A DNA stretch of 64,000 bases from the NCBI GenBank assembly GCA_004431415.1, contig QPMI01000571.1, positions 79,293-143,292 of the forward strand, read 5' to 3'. This document shows positions 22,701 to 31,674 of the stretch, piece after piece. Under the pieces are notes generated by a model. That model made no database searches. It was not told where the DNA came from and saw only the letters and a list, made by a program, of their open reading frames with translations. Origin of the DNA: Cyanophora paradoxa CCMP329 (lineage: Eukaryota; Plantae; Glaucophyta). How positions within the stretch are numbered: position 1 is the stretch's first letter; every line of letters begins with the position of its first letter. Made by a program: the position numbers and the translations under genes.

Positions 22701-25533
22701 TCGAGTGCGCTATGTGTATAGCTCAGGCTAGTCTAACTAACTGAACCTCTCTCGCCCAACTTAGACCAGCCTACCTAGCTTAGGCTAGGCCAACCGGACC
22801 TCTCGCCCAACTTGGCCTCGCTGGGCCCCCCGCGCAGCGCGGTGGACGCGGCGGAGGAGACGGCCCTCTCGCGGGCCGTCGCCTTCGGGCCCGCCCTCTT
22901 CGACGTCTGCGCCCTCCTCCTCCAGAAGGGCGCGCGAGCCCCGCTTCTCGAAATTATTTGATATCGCCTTTCTTTCGCTGGATCTGAGCGGCTCCGCTGC
23001 TGCTGCGCAGGGGCGGACATCGGGCGGCAGGTCGGCGGGGCCGACGGCGGGAAGCAGCGGTGCGCCCCGAGACCTCTACTGCTAGGAACGAGCCCAAGAA
23101 ATCCCTCCTCAACGGCTCCGGCAGGGCTGTGCTGGACGGGACGCGGGACGCGGCGTACCGCGCGCAGCTGAAGCGCGCCGCCGCCGTCCGCGACGCCTTC
23201 ATCTCGTGCGTATCCCCCTCTCATTTCCCTCCCCCTCCGCTTTTCCTTCTCTTCCTGAGCCCCCGCCCGCGCTGCGCGCGCGCAGGTACGGGCACCACCC
23301 GCCGGAGGTGGCGCGGTTCACGGCGCAGCTGAGGGACCGCCTCCAGGCCGAGCAGGTCTCGGTCCGTCCTCCTTCCGCTTTCTCTTCCGCCGTCCCCTCG
23401 CCCCGTCTCCCCACTCGACTCGGCCTCACTCCGCCCCGCACGCGCCCCCCGCGACCCTCGCCCCCGCAGTGCTGGGTGCGCCTTTGTTTCAATCCGCTCC
23501 TCCGCCCCCGTTCCGAGGCTGACGCGCGCTGCCCGCCGCCAGATGGACGAAATGAAGGCGACGGGTACGCGATGCGATTCGCAGTTGGCTTCGCCCCTGA
23601 CCTCGAGTTCGCTCCGCCCCGCGGCCGGCAGGCATCGAGGCCGGAACGGAGGCGCGCGCCCCGGCGCCTCCGCAACGCCCTCTAAGGCGCCCCTGAAAGC
23701 CGCGCGCAGTGGCGGGAGCAGATCGGGGCGGGGATCAAGGCGGCCCGCGCCGTCCTCTTCGTCGCCTCCAAGGCGGGCGCCGCGCCGCGCCCCCTCCCCC
23801 GCCTCTTCCGCTTCTGATCGCAGCGCCCTCCTCCCGCAGCACTCGTGCGCGTCGGACTGGTGCATGCTCGAGCTCTCCCGCGCCCGCGGTGCGCCCTCCC
23901 TGCGGCCTGGACCTCTTCGTTCTCAGCGCCCCCAGACCTGGGGCGACCGATCTTCCCCGTGTGGGCCGAGGCGCCCTTCCCCCTCGACGACCGCCCCGCC
24001 GTGCGCGTGTACCCCCTCCCCGCCGCCCCTCCTCACAGTACCCCCCGCAGGGCCTCCTCCGCGGCTGCCGCATCGTCGACCTCTCGCGGTGCCCCCGCCC
24101 CGCCCGGCCCAATCCAAGCCTCCCCGGCCTGAGCGCCGCCCCGGTCCGGCGCAGGCCGGCGCTGCTGGAGGCGGGCTTCCCCGCCTTCCTCGCGGAGGTG
24201 CGGGGCGCCCTCGAGGCCGCCGCCGCCGCCGACGACGCCGCCGACGCCGACGCCGCCCGGGCCCGCCCCTCACCCCTCACCTTCCCCGCTCTTCCCTCCT
24301 CATTTCTGAGCCGTGCGCAGGCGCTGCTGGCGCGGCCCGAGGCGCGCTGCGACCCCCGGCGGGCCCCCTTCCTGCTCGCCTGGGCCCTGCCCGAGGACGC
24401 CCGCAACGCCGCCTCCCTCCTCTCTGCCCTCGCCTTCCGCGGCGTGCCCTGTTGGCTCCACTGCCCTGTACCCACACCCCCCGTCCTCCCCCACCCACCC
24501 TCGCATCTTCCCTCACAGCCGCGCAGGGCGCGGACCCGACGGGAGAGGCGGGGGCGGACGCTGCGCTGGCGGCGTGCGCGGCCTTCGTGCCGCTCCTCTC
24601 GCCCGCCTCCGCCTCCTCCCCCCTCCTCCGCGACCGCCTCCAGGCCCGCCCGCCCCTGCGCTCGGCCTTTCTGTCGCCTCACTGTGCCCCCGCTTCGCAG
24701 CGCGCGCGGGCGGCGGGGCGGCCCGTCCGGCCCCTCCTCCTCTCCAGCCTCCAGGCGAGCGCGCCCCCCGCCCCGCCCCGTCTGAAGCTTAGGCCGCCCC
24801 GCCGGACAGGTGCCGGCGTCGCTCGAGTACTCGCTGGCGCGAACGCGCAAGTTCCCCTTCTTCGCCGAAGAGCCCGAGGGCTTCTTCCCGGTGCCGTACC
24901 CCCGCCTTCCTCCCCCCCCCCCCCCCCCCCTTCATCTTCTTCCGACCTCGCCGGCAGTCCCTCGACGCGCTGCTCTCGTCCCTGGGGGCACCGGCCCCCG
25001 CCGCCCCGGTCCGCCCGCCCCGCCCCGCCCGGCCCTCCCTACAAGCCTCTCGCCCTGCAGCTGACGCCCCGCCGCGGCGCAGGCGAAGCCAGAGGGTCCG
25101 CCCGCGCTGCACGCCCCCGCCACGTCGGCTGGAGGCGCCGCCCCGTCGGCCCTGGACGCGGTGCGCCCACAGGCGCCGCCCGCCGCGCGCAGGGCTCACG
25201 CGGCGCAGGCGCGGGCGGGGGTGCTGCAGGCGGAGATCGCCGGCAGCGACCGCGAGCTCGAGCAGGCGCGCGCCCCCCCGCCGGCCCCGCCGCGGGGCCC
25301 CGCCCCTCTCCCTAAGCGAGAGAGATCGCGCGCAGCTGGAGCGGGAGATCGCGGAGCTGGAGGCGGCCGCCGCCCGCGGCTCGCGGCGGGGGAAGAGGGG
25401 CAAGGGCTCGAGTTCGAAGGCCGCCCCGCCGCCCCTGCCGGCGCCCCCGCCCCTGGACCCCCCCGGGGCCGCCCCGGCCGCCCCGCCCCGCAAGAGGGAC
25501 CACGGCAAGAGCGGCGCCTGCTCCCTGATGTGA
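16797..25533 (+). CDS. Ankyrin repeat - TIR - TIR - coiled coil - CaaX protein (paralog B; TIR1 retains the catalytic Glu)
   Basis: MAGEMDQDAADEALILAAAAGDVRSIR|DLLSRGASPN...GRSALHEAAQVGHVEALR. Many ANK repeats (GMTPLLKAAACGHGPAVEAL, LTPLLMAAGNGHLGCVRELL, GRTPLLVAV, RETPLHAACR). TIR1: DAFIS|YGHHPPEVARFTAQLRDRLQAEQVS|CW|MDE...WREQIGAGIKAARAVLFVASK|HSCASDWCMLELSRAR|LGRPIFPVW (Glu codon 23870-23872). TIR2: ...GVPCWL...CAAFVPLLSPASASSPLLRDRLQ|RARAAGRPVRPLLL. Tail LQAEIAGSDRELEQ|LEREIAELEA...GKSGACSLM* (TGA 25531-25533). Confidence 0.88.
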
Positions 25534-26037
25534 GGGCTCGCGCGCGGTCGGACCCGCCGCGGGTTCTACTGTTATACGATTTATTGTAATTACGGATACG
25601 TATTGCACACGTACGAATTATATTCACGCTTCAAATTAAATGGGGCTCTGGTGGCCGCGCCGTACCCATATCCCCGGCCAGTCCCTCGGCTTGCAGTGCC
25701 TCTGGCGGCAGTGCCCGCTCCGGCGGTGCCCCCTTCGCGGCCGGCCACTCTGTCTCTCCTGTACCCGCCATCCCGCCGCCCCCGCGCCCCGGCGCATGCC
25801 CCAGCCCCGCATGCGCAGCCGTCTGACCCGTCGTGGAGTCGCACGCCGACGCCGCCGGCGTTAGTGCACGCCTCGACCGACGAGGCGGCCCAGGCATGCG
25901 CACCTCCAGAACATGAAATGCGCCAGTCCTTTCATATGCATAGTGACGTCTTCGCTCCCACACGCACACTTTTCATTTCTTTCCTTTCCCGGTTGAAAAG
26001 GCAAATCAACGAAAAATCAACGGCCTTTGTTGAACAA

Positions 26038-29000
26038 TTACATAAATATCGTTCGATGATCGTTTTGATTGCTCTCCCCCTCACCGATGGGGGCTGCATC
26101 TGGAGCCGCCGGACGCATTCGCTCCTCCAAATTGCTGATGTCATATGTGCATGTATATCCGTCGACGTCGACGTCGACGCTCTTGGGTAGAGTTGCCGTC
26201 CGGGCATGCGCACCAGCTGCAGCTTCACTTTTGCAGCTGCGGCGCCGGCGACGAAGGACGTATACGATAACACCAGCTACAATGGCAAGAACACCGACGC
26301 CACCAGCTACGCCGCCAGCGATGACTGGTAAAGAAACTGATCCGGATTGACCGGTCACGGATGAAGTACTGGCACTAGAACTCGCATCGTTGCCTGCAAT
26401 GGTCTCCTGTACACCTGCTTTGTTCAATCAATTCAGCGATGCATATGATTCGAATTTCGTGCGCGAGCCGATCAAATGCAATTGAAATGAATATTGCTCA
26501 CTTTCGAACAGGAGAGCGGTTTGTTCTAGACTCTTGATTTCCCATGGGAGCTCGGCCGCTAGAACAAGAATGCCGGTCGTTTCCATACTCTTCAAAAGTT
26601 TCGCCGCTTCGGTTGGTCGCAGTGCTACGCTTCGGTAAGGTTGCGAATGGTGCTGCGTAACAAACAATTGCAATTGCGAAGTCCGAAGCTTACCAGATGT
26701 GCTTCCCAGGCCAGGGCTGTGAAGCAGGGAGAATGTCACTGCAGTTGGAAAGATTTCGATGGCGGCTTTCGCAGTTCGATGCCGATTCCTCGAGCTTCTT
26801 GAGCTTGCCTCCATCCTAGTGACCATCACTTTGACATGTACAGAGCTGGTACCGTAGTCGAGTGCGATGGCCTTCTCAAGACCGGCAGTGAAGGTCGAAG
26901 TTTTCGCTTGGTCCCATGCCGCGAAATCGATGTCGAGAACCGCCGTCATGCTTACCCCTCGAACGCGTTTGCCTGTCCCTGGGTCCTTTTCAAGTTCGAG
27001 GCTGGACTCGGCTGTCCTCTGGATGAAGACGGTGAAGACAAAAGAGGCACTGTCCGTCGCCCCCGTGGAATCGTCTCGAGCTGTAACCATGAATGTTGCT
27101 GTCGTGTACTGAGCTGACGCGCATCTGGAGTCGGTGCCGTAGGCAGAAGAGACACGAACAGAAACGACGCCCGTATCCGGAAATATGGACACGCTATTGC
27201 CTTCAGCACACGGCTCCAAAGACTGCAGTTTCACGACGAAATATCGGATTTTAGCCTTCGATCTTTTTTGTCTTCCGTAGCTCGCAGCGACAAGCCCGTA
27301 TACGTAAGTAGCACTGCTGGGCTGAGCAGAGTTCGTGATGACGGCTAGTTGCGAGGATAAGCGAAAGCCTTCGTAGCCGACGCATGCAGGGTATGCTCTC
27401 AATGGATCCTGACATAGACTCTCACACGTAAATGCGGGACAATCCTCTGGTAGACACAAGCAGGGGGGCAAGCCCCCCCGCACCCCCCCATTAACTGATG
27501 ATCGATATCATGACCGTCGGACATAGCTATAGCGATCGCACGCGAATTCGAAAGAAACTTACACGCAGAAATGAATTTTTTCGCGATCTGGAATTCGAAG
27601 CATGTATACGTAGATCTAGATCTGCAGCTGAACTTCAATCCAATCGAGAAACGCGCAGCGTTGACCGTCGGACGTCAGCGCCATACGCGTCGCGTCGGCC
27701 GCGCCGACCTCGATCTAGACTCTCAGATCTTGAGCTTCGGAAGCGGAGCTATAAGATCTAGCGATAGATCGGAACTGTCCCAATTAGCTATTATATATTT
27801 CGAATCTTGCGCAGTTTGCCAGAACGACCGTCGGACGGACGTTGTCAGGACAAAAGAATTCGAATAATCTTCGCGGCCGCCGGGCACTTCACGATCCGGA
27901 GCGGGTGCTTATAAGCAGCGGCTTCGACAAAATCAGGATCACTGCTTTCGCGATCGCAATCGCTGCGTTGACTTCGAATTCACCTGCTGATGCGCCGCAG
28001 TGCTCCGTCTGCACAAGCATGCGCAGCAGCGCTAGCTACATGCGCAGCAGCACTAGTATGTACGCGGTTGCTAATATAAGCGCAACTGCAGCAACGACAG
28101 CTGCTGCTGCTGCTCATGAATCATGATCAGCGGGCCTGCAGCTAGACGTCGACTGCAGTGTGTTTCGGTTACTTTCCGTTACTTTTCGCTATCCGCCACT
28201 TAAGCTGTCCGTTACTTTCCGGAAACGTCCGTTATAATTATCCCGGGCCCGCCACTTTCCGTTACTTCCGTTATCTGCCACTTTCCATGCACGCCACTGG
28301 CCAGCTTAAACTGCTGGGAAAAACTCGACTCACGCGACAGTCGCGCGGCTCGCGCCACGCCGTGACGTCGACGGCGCCGCGTGGCGGCAGCCACGGCCAG
28401 CGCGCGCCGCAGGCCCGCAGCGCGCCGCTAGCGCTAGCGCTGCGCGCGCGGCGCTACCGGTACCCGCGGTGACACACTGTGACACGTCAACCTGAGTGAA
28501 GGAAAATCCGGTACGTCCGATCGGATCGAACTGGTAGTAGTAGTCTGGTACTGGCGAAGGCCGAGGGGTACCGGATCGTCGATCGGATCGATTCGATTTT
28601 AATTTGTTTTATAGAAGTTGCCCGACAGCTCACTGAAAGAGTCCTAGTCAAAGTCGACGTCGCGGCCCGGGCTCGCGATTGCGACGTCGCGATCGGCTCA
28701 ATCATTTGAATTTGCGAGCACGTGCACGTAGCGTAGTACTACGATCGCGTCCGCAGTTGACTCCGCACGCACTGCGGCATTTGGCGCGCACTACGACTGC
28801 GAATCCATGTGGCATGCATTAAATTTCTTTAAAACCCAATTAAACTGGAACCGGTTTTCGATCGATCGATTTCGATCCGCGCGCGGCTGGGCAAAATTAA
28901 AATTGCGGTTTTTAAATTAAATTAACGTGCTGACATTTTGAGTTTAGTTTCACTTGGGGTAATGTGTCTGGCGTTATCGCAGCAGATTTTCGAGAATAAG

Positions 29001-30114
29001 CGCGGTACCTAACTGTAAATCTGAAGTCAAAATTTAATTTGTGATTCTGATGTAATTTACGTTATGCCACACTGTGTTCTCATATGCGTTGACACAACCC
29101 TAAGGTAAGTTTTCTGACCTCAATCAAACTACCGAGGATTTTTGGCTCGGCCGTCCCGTGAAGACTGAGTTTTTTTACGGGTGTCCGCATGCGTCATAAG
29201 TAATAAGTTATAACTTAGTATTCCTTTCGAATTCTTCCCAGCAAGCACTCGCAGAAGCCTGTGCGAATGTTTTAACTGGGCTCTTGGGAGGCATGCGAGA
29301 TTTAGATCTGTGCTTGCGCACCTGCAGTACCACGAGGAATGAGCTCGGTGCCTGTCTGTTGTCGAATCGTCCCAGATACAGGCTCCGAGGTCGCGCAAGC
29401 ATCAGTTCCATTCCAGCACCATTTCTGCGAGCGTTTGCATCCACCGAGCCCGATTGGTCTCGCTATAGCTGTAGGCGTGTGCGCAGGTGAAGGGCCCGGG
29501 GTAGCAATGGGGCGAAGTGTGATTGCTGGGGGTGAAGGCGACACAACATGATCTGTTGGTGAAGGGCGAGCGGTTGGCGAAGGAATTGCTGTCGGCGATG
29601 CGGTCGGAAACGGCGATGCAGCGGTTGTCGGTGAAGGGGAAGGTGAAGGTGAAGGAGTAGCTGTAGGAAACACTGTGCATGTGGGCAAAGGAGATCTAAC
29701 GATAGCCGAAACTGCGATCGCAGATTTACATAATTATTATAAGGCTGTACATGTGATCATCATGAATCCAATTTAAACACCTTCGCCTTTGAATCTGTAT
29801 TGCGCTGAGAACCCTTTGCCCGGGTCCACGCCGTATGTATAAAAAACCACGAGGAGTGCGCTAGACGTCTGAGAAGTGACAAAAGACGTCCTGCTCAAGG
29901 ACGCCATTTGCCCGTTCAGTCTCGCTAGAGCTGCGTCTGGCAAGTAGTAACTTCTCACATACTGATAGGGGCATGTCACTGCCGCGCCATCGTACAACTG
30001 CGTAGCACTCGGATCAGAAATGCTAACGAGATAGGTGACCGTCATCAATATCGCGCGCGCCAACGCCGCCAGCTCTTGCGCATGCTGCACCGACTGGCTC
30101 GCCGCCGGCGCCAC
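26038..30114 (-). pseudogene. Single-pass membrane receptor-like gene (CUB - Pro/Ser/Thr stalk - Cys-rich - cadherin-like - SEA-like - TM - tail), interrupted by an insertion and possibly 5'-truncated
   Basis: CUB C-terminal half LYDG...LARLNG...FVTSQTSSALLVVFYT...GKGFSAQY; stalk TATPSPSPSPSPTT; CLCLPEDCPAFTCESLCQ; cadherin-like SIFPDTGVVSV...TATFMVTARDDSTGATDSASFVFTV; TM LPVIAGGVAGGVGVLAIVAGVIVYVL followed by RRRRR. Lower GC than neighbouring genes. No signal peptide or CUB N-terminal half seen. Confidence 0.65.
27496..28920. mobile_element. ~1.43-kb non-coding insertion flanked by a 6-bp direct repeat ATTAAC
   Basis: ATTAAC at 27490-27495 and 28921-28926. Removing the insert plus one copy restores the minus-strand frame ...VKLNSKCQHVN-GGVRGGLPPCLC.... 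No terminal inverted repeats visible. Confidence 0.55.
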
Positions 30115-30599
30115 ATGTACAGCTGCCCGCCGGGCCGGCCGGCCCCTGCAGCTGTACGTGCGTCAGATGCGGATTCGATATCGATATCGATCTTAGCTTT
30201 CACGCGCTTCAAATTCCAGCGGCATGCGCACGTGCACGCGCACGAATACAAGTCGCATCTACATCAAGCGGGAACGCGTACGCGTCCTGATCATGATCAT
30301 GATGCGCGCTCCACGCGCAAGCCCGGCCCGCATATATTCCTGGTCCTCAGGGCCTGCCGGGCCCCAGGCGTGAGCGCGAGCTCGAGCGCGAGTCGATCGC
30401 GGTGGTTCTTGCATGCGCAATTATAACTAATTAGTCGGGCAGACAGCGCTAGCGGTCACGAGTCACGACCAGCAGCGCACCTCTGCCACCTCTTCATAAC
30501 GAGACTCGTCCCCGGGCCCGATCGCGAGGATTCATTCCGTACTTGTACTCCTGCCGCATGCGCAGTGCTGCTCCGCCGGGCCGGCCGGACTCGGGGTGG

Positions 30600-31008
30600 A
30601 CCCGGACTCCCGGAGTCGCGGTGGGCGCAAGCGCCGCCCGCCGCGCGCCTGTCCGAAAGGGCTCACAAGGGGCCGTTGTCCGGCGCAGGCGCGGGCGGGG
30701 CGCTGCAGGCGGAGATCGCCGGCAGCGACCGCGAGCTCGAGCAGGCGCGCGCGCGCGCCCGCCGGCCCCGCCGCGGGCCCCCGCCCCCTCTTCCTGAGCG
30801 AGAGAGATCGCGCGCAGCTGGAGCGGGAGATTGCGGAGCTGGAGGCGGCCGCCGCCCGCGGCTCGCGGCGGGGAAGAGGGGCAAGGGCTCGAGGGCCGTC
30901 CCGCCGCCCCTGCCGGCGCCCCCGCCCCTGGACCCCCCCGGGGCCGCCCCCGCCGCCCCGCCCCGCAAGAGGGACCACGGCAAGAGCGGCGCCTGCTCCC
31001 TCATGTGA
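30600..31008 (+). pseudogene. Orphan copy of the last exons (coiled coil + CaaX) of ANK-TIR paralog B
   Basis: Closely matches ~25160-25533, including the GC-AG intron. Encodes LQAEIAGSDRELEQ|LEREIAELEAAAARG...KRDHGKSGACSLM* (stop 31006-31008). Confidence 0.85.
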
Positions 31009-31392
31009 GGCGCTGTTACAGGATTTACTAAAATATTTGGTGGCGTGGGGGGGCGGCCGGGGGGCGGCCATAAGAAAAATTAATTGAAAAATGCACAAGG
31101 GCCCTAAGAACCGCCGGCCGTGTTTTGGGGGCGGCCATAAGAAGAATCAATTGAGAAATGCATAAGAGAAATGAGTTGAGAAATGCGGGCTTTTTGGCGC
31201 GTGCGGGAAGCTACAGAATTCCGGGTCTCGGGAGAGGGGCGCCGGCGGGCGCTGCCTCGGGCCCTCTGCCGGGCCAGCCCTGCTGCCAAGATCTATAGCT
31301 AGAACGCCCGGCGGGCCCTCTGAGCCCGGTCCGCCAGGCCGAGCCCTGCAGCTGTGCGGCCCCGGGCCAGCCCTGCAGCTGTGCGGCCCCGG

Positions 31393-31674
31393 TGTCGGAT
31401 GGGAAGATTCCCACCCGATTAGGCACCCGCGCAGTACTGCGCGGGGCCGGCTCCCTGTGCTGGAGCAGCTGTAGATGCAGGCTGGTGTATTCACTGTGTA
31501 CCCGGAAGACTACTGACTCTGTACCCCTAAGACAGGTAGAGGCAGGCCAGCGTAGGCTACCGAGAGGTAAGCCTACAGGAAGAGAGACTATGCTAAGCCA
31601 CTCAGGTTACGTCAGGCACCAACTAGCTCTAGTCACTAAGTCACCGCAAGGCCGGGGAATCGAGCCAGGCGACA
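31393..31674 (-). repeat. LTR (3' LTR in minus orientation)
   Basis: tgtcggatgggaagattccc...gagccaggcgaca, 282 bp. Confidence 0.9.

Noticed and set aside
9397-25533. NLR/STAND NTPase or bacterial Thoeris operon
   Set aside because: No Walker A (GxxxxGKS/T) motif was found between the ANK and TIR regions, and the genes are intron-rich and eukaryotic.
5363-25627. The many long Arg/Gly/Pro/Ala-rich six-frame ORFs (e.g. 20345-22633 minus, 23543-25315 plus) as genes
   Set aside because: These are stop-poor artefacts of very high GC, running antisense to or through the introns of the spliced genes.
27491-28925. piggyBac/Kolobok-type TTAA insertion
   Set aside because: TTAA is only part of a longer ATTAAC repeat and there are no terminal inverted repeats.
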